The notes beneath the pieces are model-generated. The model was not told the origin of the DNA. It ran no database searches and worked only from the letters and a program-made list of their open reading frames with translations. Shown here in pieces: positions 1 to 11,651 of a stretch of 64,000 nucleotides of DNA. The DNA is from Isurus oxyrinchus (lineage: Eukaryota), in the NCBI GenBank assembly GCA_026770705.1, contig JANJGN010000019.1, positions 79,732,001 through 79,796,000 on the forward strand. Direction: 5' to 3'. Position numbers and translations under genes: made by a program. Numbering within the stretch: position 1 is the first letter of the stretch; each line of letters starts with the position of its first letter.

Positions 1-247
1 TGTGTGGCTTGCTAGGTCGTTTCAGAGGGCAGTTAAGAGTCAACTACATTTCTGTGGGTCTGGAGTCACATGTAGGCCAGACCACGTAAGGATGGCAGAT
101 TTCCTTCCTTAAAGGACATTAGTGAACCAAAGATTGCTGTAAAAGCCTATATCAGGTGAGACTAGCTTTATATTCCAGATTTATTAATTGAATTTAAATT
201 CCACCAGCTGCCATGCTGGGATTTGACCCCATGTCCCCATAACATTA
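1..247 (-). mobile_element. tRNA-derived SINE / LINE-tail repeat split by PLE copy A (continues at 2333-2390)
   Basis: The same sequence family occurs uninterrupted at 33435-33635; the reading continues across the TSD. Confidence 0.65.
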
Positions 248-2320
248 AGATAAAAACAAAATACTGTGGATGCTGGAAATCTGAAACAAAAATAAAAATA
301 GCTGGAAAACCTCAGCAGGTCTGACAGCATCTGCGGAGAGGAACACAGTTAATGTTTCGAGTCCATATGACCCTTCATCAGAACTAAGGAAATAGAGAAA
401 TTAGGTGAAATATAAGTTGGTAGAGGCAGGTGGAACAGGTAGAGCTGGATAGAGGGCCAGTGATAGGTGGAGGCAAAGAAGAGATTGCCAAAGATGTCAT
501 AGACAAAAGGACAAAGGGGTATTGACGGTGGTGATATTATCTAAGGAATGTGCTAATGGGAACATTAAGGGTAGCAAGCAGGACAAACAAGTGGCAGATG
601 GCTCGAGTGGGGGGAAGGGATTGAAATGGGTTAAAAGTGTGGAGATAAGTCTCACTTCCTCCAATTAAAAGGTGTGGCTATGGGTAACTGCATGGGCCCC
701 AGTTATGCCTGTCTCTTGGTGAGCTATGTGGAACATTCCTTGTTCCAGTCCTACTCCGGCCCCCTCCCACAACTCTTTCTCCGGTACATCGATGACTGCT
801 TCGATGCCATTTCATGCTCTCGTCTGGATCTGGAAAAATTTATTAATTTTGCTTCCAATTTCCACCCCTCCATCATTTTCACATGGTCCATCACTGACAC
901 TTCCCTTCCCTTCCTTGACCTCTCAGTCTCAATTTCTGGTGATAGACTGTCCACCAATATTCATTATAAGCCTACTGACTCCCACAGCTACCTTGACTAC
1001 AGCTCCTCACACCTTGCTTCCTTTAAGGACTCCATCCCATTCTCTCAGTTTCTTTGCCTCCGTCGCATTTGTTCTGATGATGCCACTTTCCAAAACAGTT
1101 CCTCTGACATGTCTTCCTTCTTCCTTAACCAAGGTTTTCCACTCACAGTGGTTGACAGGGCCCTCAACCGTGTCCGGCCCAGTTACCATGCATCCGGCCT
1201 CACCTTCCTCTCCCTCCCAGAACCTTGTCCTCACTTATCACCCCACCAGCCTCCGCATTCAAGGGATCATCCTCTGCCATTTCCGGCAACCCAGCATGAT
1301 GCCACCACCAAACACATCTTCCCTTCACCCCACCCCTGGCAGCTTTCCACAGGGATCGTTCCCTCTGAGACACCCTGGTCCACTCCTCCATCACCACCTA
1401 CACCTCAACCCCCTCCCACAGCACCTTTCCATGCAATTGCAAAAGGTGCAACACCTGCCCCTTTACTTCCCCCCTCCTCACCATCCAAGGGCCCAAACAC
1501 TCCTTTCAAGTGAAGCAGCACTTCCCTCAATTTAGTCTTCTGCATTCGCTGTTCCCAATGCAGTCTCCTCTACATTGGAGAGACCAAACACAGGCTGGGT
1601 GACCGCTTTGCGGAACACCTTGAGTCTGTCTGCAAGCATGACCCAGACATCCCTGTCGCTTGCCATTTCAATACATCACCCCGATCTTATGCCCACGTGT
1701 CCATCCTTGGCCTGCTGCCATGTTCCAGTGAAGCTCAATGCAAACTAGAGGAACAGCACCTCATCTTCCGACTAGGCACTTTACAGCCTTCCGGACTTAA
1801 TATTGAGTTCAACAACTTCAGATCATGAACTCTCTCCTTCATCTTCACCCCTTTCTGATGTCCCTTTTTCCAATAATTTATAATTTAAAAAATATATATT
1901 TTTCTTTTCCCACCTATTTTAGAATTTATTTCGATCCATTGTTTTATGTCCACCTTTTAGCCCATTTTGATCCCCCCCACCCCCCCCACCCCACTAGGGC
2001 CATCTGCCACTTGCTTGTCCTGCTTGCTACCCTTAATGTCCCCATTAGCATATTCCTTAGATAATATCACCACCGTCAATACCCCTTTGTCCTTTTGTCT
2101 ATGACATCTTTGGCAATCTCTTCTTTGCCTCCACCTATCACTGGCCCTCTATCCAGCTCTACCTGTCCCACCCCCTCTACCAGCTTATATTTCACCTAAT
2201 TTCTCTATTTCCTTAGTTCTGATGAAGAGTCATACGGACTCAAAATGTCAACTGTGTTCCTCTCTGCAGATGCTGTCAGACCTGCTAAGTTTTTGCAGCT
2301 ATTTTAATTTTGGTTTTGTT
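248..2320 (+). mobile_element. Neptune-type Penelope-like element copy A, 5'-truncated, with inverted terminal pseudo-LTR
   Basis: 650-1820 encodes decayed RT (GVAMG, FLRYIDD, PFLD, YKPTD) and GIY-YIG; 248-648 is the reverse complement of ~1943-2320; 12-bp TSD CCCATAACATTA at 236-247 and 2321-2332. Confidence 0.92.
347..385 (-). ncRNA. Minimal hammerhead motif with canonical CUGAUGA core (inverted arm of copy A)
   Basis: AGUU-CUGAUGA-A-GGGUC auaug GACUC-GAAA-CA-UU-AACU. Confidence 0.7.
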
Positions 2321-2568
2321 CCCATAACATTAGCCTGGGCCTCAGAATTACTAGCCTAGTAACATTACCAGTACACCACCATCTCCCCAATCTTACTCTG
2401 ATTCAAGCATTACCCAGTGTTCTCTTAAAAGATGCACTGGTTTCTACCTCAATCACCCCCTGGTACAAAGTATCCCACGCTCCCAACAACCCCCTGTGTA
2501 AAGGAATCTCTCTATCCAAAGTTTTTTGAAGTAACAGAAATAGTTGGTAAAGTAGATATTATATATAT

Positions 2569-3610
2569 CAAGCTTGTCCAACCTATGGTCCACTGGCCAC
2601 AGCTTGGCCCCAAAGCCTCTGTATCTGGCCCGCAGAGCCACTGTTAGAACTATGGGTAAGTTCATCGAAAGATTCTGCAAGGAGCTGCGCCTCCAATCAA
2701 AGGCTGGTTCTCTCCTGTGTTTGCTGCTGACAGGCTAATGAGCCAATCAGCAGAAAATCTGGGAGAGAAACAGTCTGACTGGAGGAGCAGTGAGCATTGG
2801 GAGGATAAATGGCTTCTCTTTGTTTTCTCAGTGCGATCAATGTCATCCTCCCGTCCAGGCTCCAGTCCCTAAAGGAGCACAAGGCTCAAAATGGCAAAGT
2901 GGCCCAGGGAGGCCATGAGAAACAGCAGAATTGCAGCAACAGCACTCGCCTTGGGTAACTGGAGCCCCAGACAGGATGCAGTGAGGAATTGTGTCCCTTC
3001 ACAGTGTTCTGAATACCTTGGCGGTAAGATGTTCAAACTTAGCGGGCTCAGGTGGCAAGCGAGTAAGTCTGGGTGCAAGCAAGAATCCTGAGACTGGGAG
3101 TAAGCCGGACACGCGCACACCCTGTCCTCCCTTTCCTCCTTCCGAAAAACCTATCCACAAAGCAGGCCAGGAGAGGAGGAAAAACCAGGCTGAAAGGTAA
3201 TCAACTTCCAGCCTCCACTTTTATATGAATTCAGCCAAGACCATCACAGTGTGTGTCACCAGAGGCAAATGCAAGGTCAACGTTAGTTAAACCCAACTCT
3301 TTAGCTCAGCCCTGGTCCCCACCCCTTCCCTGGTGACCAAGACTTGGGGGAGGTCTAGTCTGTCTCTCTAGCTCTGCTTAAGCAAAAAGGCAAAAAAGGT
3401 TTTATTAGTCAACTCAGCTGCTTGGCACTTTTTGGTGATTTTTATTAATTTTTAAAAATTGTCTGTTTATTGCTTTAACATTGATTTTTTTTTTAAATTC
3501 ATGTTTAATGTTGTGCTAAACCTTACCCTGTCAAAATTTGCTCATCAGCCCCTTGCGTGAGAAAAAGCTTGAAATGTGGCCCCACCACATGAAAAGGTTG
3601 GACAATCCTG
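2569..3610. mobile_element. Non-autonomous hAT (Charlie-like) DNA transposon
   Basis: TIRs CAAGCTTGTCCAACCT / AGGTTGGACAATCCTG; degenerate 8-bp TSD ATATATAT / GTATCTAT. Confidence 0.75.
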
Positions 3611-3689
3611 GTATCTATGGACTTACAAAAGATATCTGATAAAGTGCCACGTAACAGACTTATTTGGAAAATAGAGGCACAAGACATTA

Positions 3690-4720
3690 GACAGTTGTAA
3701 CTTGGGTGTGAAATTGGCTAAGGGATATAAGGCAGAGAATCGTGCTGAATGGATGTTTTTCTGACTGTAGAGAAGTAGGCAATGCGATAATGTAAAAAAT
3801 AGGTACAGGAGTAGACCATACGGCCCCCTTAAGCCTGCTGTGTCATTCAATGTGATCTTCTGCCTTAGTTCCACTTTCTTGCCCACTCTCCATATCCCTT
3901 GATTTACCTAGCGATCAAGAATCTGCCTATTTCAGGCTTAAATACATTCACTAATGTAGCATCCACAACTCTTTGGGGTAGACTATCTTTTTGTATACAA
4001 ACGACTTTGGTATAGGCAGTACAACTTTGAAGTTTGAAGCTTGTACAAATCTTGGCAACATAGTAAATAATGACTAAGATAGTATAGGTAGAGTACTTCA
4101 AACCTGGCCACCCAAAACCAGCAGTGTTCGAAAACAAGACATTTTTTCCCATGCTCTGAGTGGGTTAGTGATCCTTAACCCCACCCAATCCAGAGAGAAG
4201 AGAGATCATCTTCACTGAATTAAGGGCTTCCAACTTTTTTTTTCTGAAATCTGTCACGGACTTAGTCCTGAGATTGCTGGATTTTGGTACTCTGTAACAG
4301 ATTTTAGGAGGACACAGACAAACTGATGAAATGGCAGACACATGGACATTAGATTTATTGCAGTTTTAATGTGTGAAGTGATGCACTTTGGGAGAAACAA
4401 CATGACAAGTAATCTATGTGGCACTGTTTTGAGGGCGTGCAAGAACAGAGGGACCTGCTTTAGGGAGGGGGGTGCTGCATATTTACGAATCTTTGAAGGT
4501 GGCAAAGCAAGCTTAGGAGATGGTTAAGAAAACTACAGACACTTGGCTTTGCAAATAGGGTCATTGAATACAAGATCAAGCCTTTAAATTATTGATTAAG
4601 CTTCAACTGGAGTAAGTACTGTGTACATTTCGGAGCACTACAGTTTAAGTAGGATTTCAAGGCCTTGGTAAGGATGCAGAAGAGGTTTACCAGGATGATA
4701 CCAGGGATGAGGAAGATTGG
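3690..4720. mobile_element. Decayed CR1 LINE fragments in both orientations
   Basis: CEVMHFGRNN-like and PQLEYCVQFW-like remnants on +; CR1 3' tail on - at ~3800-3980. Confidence 0.6.
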
Positions 4721-4727
4721 TAAGTGG

Positions 4728-4900
4728 AAATAAAAGCAAAATATTGCAATGCTGGAGATCTGAAAAAGAAACAGTGCTGGAAAATTCAGTACTGTCTGAC
4801 AGCATCTGTGGAGAGAGAAACAGAGTTAACGTTTCAAGTCCGTATGACTTCTTCAGAACTGAAGAGAGGTAGGGATGTGATGGGTTTTATGCTGTTGAAA
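4728..4900 (-). mobile_element. Short PLE 3'-terminal fragment with near-intact hammerhead motif (4824-4860)
   Basis: Minus strand AGTT-CTGAAGA-AGTC atacg GACTT-GAAAC-GTT-AACT followed by the same terminal sequence as copies A and E. Confidence 0.75.
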
Positions 4901-6169
4901 AAGTTTCGATGCAACAAGATTGTGCATGTCAAAAAGGCACTGAGACCAGGGAAACCTTCATAGTGAGTCCCCTCTTCCTCACCCGAGTGCATTTTTAAAC
5001 AGGTCTCTGGATGACAGTTAGCACTGATGTTCAGATCAGGTAAATCCTTCCTTAACCCAGAATCACACTTATTTCCACTAAAGCTGAGATCAGCTAATTC
5101 AGCACAGTAAAGGAATTGAAGGAACACTTTTTAAAATGAGCTAATCTCCTGTTGCATTGCCATTAGCTAAATGCATTTTTAAAAATAAACTTTAAACTGT
5201 ATTTTGTACATTTTGTAGAACTATATCTACATCTGTAGTCGCCTCTCCCTGTCTCCCCTTGTGTTCTTTCTTCAGTTTTTATCTTCTCCTTGAATTCTCT
5301 CTCTCTCTCTCTTCCTCTGTCACTCACAAGTAGCTGAGTCTCTAGTTTTACTCTTCATTTTTCAACTTTTGTAAGTCCACCCTGGCCAAGCTTTTGTTCA
5401 CATCCCTTCCTTTGGTTCAGTGTGAATTATTTATCTCTGATTGCGTTATTTTTCTCATGTGTGTCTTGATATATATCTCAAACCGTCTTTCTCATTTTCT
5501 TTCATACATGAAAGAAAAAGGAAGAAAATGACATTGTTTTTCTACAACTAACTTGCCTCTTTCTCTTACAGTTTCTAGAGCAATCGCAGGGTTTCAACTG
5601 CCTGATAGCTGCAGAAATGATATTGTCTGTCTCTGATTATGTAAGAGAGTGAGTAGGAAGTACGCACCACAATAATGAGCTGCATTCTATTCCCATTCTG
5701 CTGAATGGGAGTCAAATCCTAACTAGTTGTGATATATCTAGGAGCTAAACCAATTTTTAATGGGGAGAGGTGGAACTTCCTGTTGGCATGTGTAGAAAAG
5801 CTGCAATGAGTCTCTTTTAAAGGGAGAGCATTTTCATTTTGAATTCCTAAAGAATTTGGAGTGCTGTTATTGTGAAAATAAGGCTTTGACCAAAACAATT
5901 AGTTTTTAAACCCATTGAAGTGTCATAATAGTAAATTAATCTCATACAATGCACCCTTATGTATAATACACAATTATGAATAATTTGGAATCAAATTACT
6001 TTTCCACTGTATCTTGTGATGTTTACTGTCTTTTGTAATTAGCCCACTCCTTGTTGAATGCTTAATGAGTTCCTATTTTATGCTTGTCATCTGTGAACAT
6101 CAACGACTATGATGTTGTAGATATGAGGGCCATGTAATATGATATAATGAAGCCCTCAAAGATCCCACC

Positions 6170-8345
6170 AAAACAGCTGTTCTCAGTCAGCACCTCACTG
6201 GCAACCTCTCAATCTCCAGCCACCAGAAGCTACAATGTGTCATAGTGCATGGTTGATCCTAGAGTCCACCATAACTAGCACCAGCAAAGAGGTCCTTGGC
6301 CCCTTTACTAGGGAAAATCTTGACTGTTTTGATGGTTTGATGAAAACAACCAAGAGATACAGGACCTAAACAAGCATATGTGCAAAACTTTCGCCGACTG
6401 GAAACTTTGCCATGCCTCAAGAGAAAAGCAGCTGTCCTACAGGCATCTGAAGGCAGCAGTACAGCATAAAATCTGCAACATAAGGAACAAATGGTGGGTA
6501 GAAAGAGTGCAGGAGATCCAACAACTCGTAGACACCAACGATGTGTGCAGTTTCTTCAGCGCTTTCAAGACTATCTATGGTCCAAGCATTTGAGGGCCCT
6601 TCCCACTGAGAAACAAGCATGGAGGGAGCTCATAAAGGACAGGGAAGCAGTCATGCTCACTGGAAAGAAGATTTTGAAGAACTCCTCAATTGGGACTCTC
6701 TTCAACATGAATGCCCTCAACTTCATTCCTTTGTATTCTGTCCTCAGTCTTGCCACTGCTCTGGTCTGGAGCAATGTTGAAAATGCCATTCAACAACTGA
6801 TAAACAAAGAAATCTCTGGAGCAGGTGGAATCCCTGCTGAAATTCTGAAACATGGAGATGTGCTTCTGGCACAGCTGCACAACCTCACGTCCTTCATCTG
6901 GGAAGAGGAGTGCATGACAGGTGATATCAGGGACGCTGTGATGGTGACTATATTCAAGAAGAAAGACGAATATCTGCAGGGGAGCCTTCCTGCTGTCTAC
7001 CTCTGGGAAGATAGTTGCCAGCATCCTCCTCAACCCAGTGACTGAAGAACTCCTTCCAGAGTCACAGACACCCCAGACTTGACCTTCACTGCACAACAAA
7101 TCCAAGAACAGCACCAACCCCGGTACATGGCTTTTTTCGACCTCGGAGACGCCTTTGACTCTGTCAACCATGAAGGCCTGTGGAATATCCTCCTCAAATT
7201 GCCTGGCCTCAGAAATTTGTCACCTTCCTCTGCCTATTCCATGATGACATGTGACAATGATTCTGACCAATGGAATCACCACTGCCCCAATCTGTAAAGA
7301 CCTGAGGTTAAACAAGGCTGTGTCATCGCACCAACCCTCTTCTCCATCTTTCCTGTTGCAATACTGCACCTCACCTCCAGCAAACTAGCTGTAGGCATGG
7401 AGATCATGGGAAACTGCTCAATTTATACTGTCTTCAATCCAAAACCAAAATGACTCCAACCTTGGTCATAGTTTCAGTGTGCATATGATGCTTTTGTGTA
7501 TGCTCACTTAGAAACTGAGCTCCAGGTCATTGTCAACTCCTTTTCTAAAGCACATGAGAAAATGGGCCTTTCATTAAACACCGGAAAACCTAAGGTCATC
7601 TTCCAACCAATCTCCACAGCACAACCACAACACCCCCCCCCCGCCCCCCCCAAACTAATTATGATCAACGGTCAGATCTTGGAAATGGTGGACCATTTCC
7701 CATACCTTGGGAGCCTCTTCTTGATGAAGGCAGACATAGACGAAATTCATCATTGTCTCCAATATGCTAGCTCAGCCTTCGACCGAAGAAGAGAGTATTT
7801 GAGGACCAGGATCTCGAACCTGAGACTAAGGTCATGGTTTACAGGGCAGCAGTGATCCCTGTGCTCTGGAGACTTGGACAACCTATAACAGGCACTGGAG
7901 TAGTATGACTAGCAATGCCGTCGCAAGATCCTCCAAACCCGATGGCAAGTGGTCCAATAGCAGCATCCTCTCTCAAGCCAATAGGCCCAGCATCAAGGCA
8001 TTAGGGCATTAGTCACTCAAAACCATCTCCACTGGGCAGGGCATGTCATTCGTTGCAGCAGGAGACTCCAAGGAGGGCAGCAGAATCCCTTTAGAGATGT
8101 CTTCGAAGCATCCCTGAAAAGATCAAACATACTCATCGACTCATGGGACAGACCCTGGCTTGTGACCGACCGAAATAAGATTTATTTGGGAACATAGAGA
8201 GTTGAAGCCAAGAGTGTACAATCCTCCAAAGCACTTCTCTACCTGATCCTTCAAGGCAGAGTCTGCAGATTGCGAATCAGCCATCTCAGAACCCATTGAA
8301 CTGGAGTGGAAGCAAATCATCCTTGATCCCGAGGGACTGCCTAAC
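6170..8345 (+). mobile_element. RTE-clade LINE, decayed RT region and 3' end
   Basis: Remnants FFSAFKTIYGP, GIPAEILKHG, YMAFFDL..AFDSVN..GLW, VKQGCVIAPTLFSIF, DHFPYLGS; many frameshifts. Confidence 0.85.
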
Positions 8346-10075
8346 AATGTACAGAAATCTATAGCTATGCCTCTCTCCCAAACCCATAACTCGATAGTAA
8401 AACATGAATCCACAGTGCAGGTCGGTGAGACTGTGATCAAGCAGTGAATTCCAAAGGTGGCCTGAGAAAAAGGCAGGGAGGTGAACAGGAAACTGGGTGT
8501 GGTTCTATTTGGCAGAGTGGTGTTTATCTCTGACTTATCATGTTTTCTCTCCTTTTGAGTTTACTGCCCTATTTTCCTCCCAAAATCTCCCTCAATGTAA
8601 ATTGCCTTTGTCCATGGTAATGACTGATAGTACGTGATTTTCCATGGACCTGTCTTTCCATGTCTTACTATAAATGCAGCTGACCACAGATTTCCTGACA
8701 CATAGGGAGCTCTTCTCCTTGATCAGTTCTGAGTATACCTCTATACGGTTATTGTTGCTGTTATTACATTGTGCTGTTAGTTTAAGTGGCAAACCAACAA
8801 GAGATCTTGGTAAAAAATATTTAATTATTTTGTGTTAAAATCCCAAAAGGGGGGAAAATAATTGCACTACACTGGGCCTGGCATGGTTTATTACGTAGAA
8901 TTTATGGTGGATGTAGGCCAGTCAGCCTTATGCTGGCGTGTATGCTCCATATGAGTCTTCTCCCACCCTATTTTGTATAACTGTGTCAGCATATCCCTCC
9001 TCCATGACTTATCTAGCTCCCTCTTAAATGTATCGATATCATTTGCCACAATTACTGCTTGTGGTAGCAAGTTCCACATTCTAACCATTCTCTGGGTAAA
9101 GAGGTTTCACCCGAATTCCTCATCGGACATCCCACCCCCACCCCCCACGACAAATGGAAATCTCTACATTTGCTATCAAATCCCTTGATATTTTTAAAAT
9201 CTTCACCTCTCAGTCTTCTCTTTCCCAGTGAAAAGAGTCAAGAATCCCGGCTTGTTCTGTTAGTCTTTTCTGTTAGTTCTAATCTTTTGGTTCTGATATT
9301 ATCCTTGAATCTTGTGGAGTTACTTATTTCTAGTATTACATGGTAGCTGAAATACATTCTGTGCTTCTGCTAACCTATCTGTAGGGTAACAAAACTGTTT
9401 AACAGAGTGGTGTTTATCTTTGACTTATTATGTTTTCTCTCCTTTTGAGTTCACTGTCCTATTTTCCTCCCAAAATCTCTCTCAATGTAAATTCCTCGAC
9501 CCGTATTCATGGCCGCTCCCTTGACCCTGCCATCTCACGTAGTCTCGCTCTGCCCATCATACCGATCACCGGCAAGATCATTTCTGATTACTTCCTTGTA
9601 TCACATTCCAACCACATCCCAACCTTACTTCCTTCTGTGTCCGCCCCTAGAAAATACTATCCCACAATTCATTTACAACTGCACTTTCAGAATCCCAATG
9701 ACTACGCTTTGGCTCTTCATTTACCATGGTATTTCTACAGCTACTAACATGCTAAACTGCACTGGCACTTCCATCTTTGATGCCATGGCCACCACTATTA
9801 CTATTACATTTGATCACTCTGGCTATTTCCCCTGGTATGGCCATCATCTCTGTTCCCTTAACTTCAGGAGACGCAAGTTGAAAGGCTATGGCAGAAAATT
9901 GGTTTAACTATTCATTGCGAGATCTCTCTCTCTACTATACTACTGGGTCCTGCTCTCATTTGCTAAAACTGCTGGAATGCAAAGATAACCCACAACTTTA
10001 TTTTCTCTACTATAAACTGTCTTAAACCCATCCCCCTTTCTCCTCCAACAATAGCTGCTAGGAGCTCATGAACTT

Positions 10076-11651
10076 TGTTACAAGTCCTGCAGAGACTAAC
10101 AACTTCTAAAAAGAAATTCGAATTTCCAGTTGATAGTTAAACGGATGACACAATAAGGTTTCATGTTTTAACATTTTTTTTTATTTATTCATGGGCTGTG
10201 GGCGTTGCTGGTTAGGCTAGCATTTATTGCCCATCCCTAATTGTCCTTGAGAAGGTGGTGATGAACCACTGCCTTGAACTGCTGTAGTCCATGTGGTGTA
10301 GGTGCACCCACAGTGCTGTTTTGAAGGGAGTTCCAGGATTTTGACCCAGCAACAGTGAAGGAACGTGATATAGTTCCAAGTCATGATGGTGTGAGGCTCG
10401 GAGGGGAACTTACAGGTGGTGGTGTTCCCATGCTGCCCTTGTCCTTCTAGGTGGTAGAGGTCTTGATTTTGGAAGGTGGTGTCGAAGAAGCCTTGTTGAG
10501 TTTCTGAGTGTATCTTGTAAATGGTGCACACTACTGCCACTGCGTCGTTGATGGGAGGGTTTGAATGTTGAAACTGATGGATGGGATGCCAAACAAGTGA
10601 GCTGTTTTGTCCTGGATGGTGTCGTCTTGGGTGTTGTTGGAGTTGCACTCATCCAGACAGGTGGAGCGTATTCCATCACATTCCTGACTTGTTCCTGGTA
10701 GATGGTGGACAGGCTTTGAGGAGTCAGGAGGTGAGTTACTCTGCAGAATTCCCAGCCTCAAACTGTTTATTATAACAAACAGTGGCACATGACCAAATGC
10801 TATTTTTCTAAACAACTTCTGTAGGCAATTTTAAATTACAGAAAATAATTTTTAACAGCCAAAAAAAACCAACTATCGGGTATATGTTACATTGCTCTTT
10901 AAGTAGACATTCAATTCTTCCAGAATCAGTCCAAAATGATTCTTGGTTCCTGAGAGTTTACTTCTGATCTTTTCCTTTCGCAGCCTGGAAACTTTTAACT
11001 TCAGAAATGTTTTTCATGGTGCGAGTTTTCCTGGAGACTTCTCCCTCTAGCTAAAGCTAGGCAAATCTTCCAGCCTCTTTTTAATTTCCCACAAATTTGG
11101 TCTTTACAATCTGAGCACGAGCTCCTACGCACATTCCTGCATGGTGAACCACAGTGTTTTGCTGCCTGTAGCTCCTCTCCCTCCCCAGAATAACATCTGA
11201 TATTCAGTGATATTTTAGGAAAGCCGGTAACCCAATATCACAATGGCTTCCTCCCTATCCTTCCATCACCATGGCAATGCAAATTATGGACCTTGTATCT
11301 AGGTAGAAATGTTGATTAGCTATTGTTGAGAGCCCAACTCCCTCTCATCTTGGAACTAAATGGTCAGTTTAAAACACAGCTGTTTATAAACTGATATTCT
11401 CAACACATTTCTGAGAATTTGGAGATTCTCAGGCTGCTGTCATTGTCTCCAAACACCTTGCACCTTCTTCCTAGTAAAACAATTTAGACCCCGCTTTAAA
11501 CTCTAACAATCAAACCACCCAGGCTTGCTGCCAGGCAGACGTTAGGATAAGTCACATGACCCCTTCATTTTACCTTTAAATTAAAGAGAGTCTCAAAAAT
11601 GACAACCTCAGAATTGACAGTCCCAAAAATAACAACCTCAGAATTGTAACA
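10076..11651. mobile_element. Solo LTR (Gypsy-like) containing a nested LINE 3' fragment
   Basis: Termini TGTTACAA...TTGTAACA; 4-bp TSD ACTT at 10072-10075 and 11652-11655; ~30-bp tandem duplication near the right end. Confidence 0.8.
10175..10760 (-). mobile_element. CR1-group LINE 3' fragment
   Basis: VMEYAPPVWMSATPTT..DTIQDK remnants; same family at 19260-20100 (-), 37480-37610 (-) and 57215-57980 (+). Confidence 0.75.

Noticed and set aside
726-1535. Long Pro/Ser-rich alternative-frame ORFs over PLE copies (also 22744-23334, 24632-25453, 27475-28332, 28752-29342)
   Set aside because: Shadow frames of a C-rich RT coding strand with few stops; their limits differ between copies and no domain is recognisable
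4085-4296. Possible Tc1/mariner MITE (AGAGTAC / GTACTCT ends)
   Set aside because: The inverted match is short and degenerate, and boundaries and TA TSD could not be fixed
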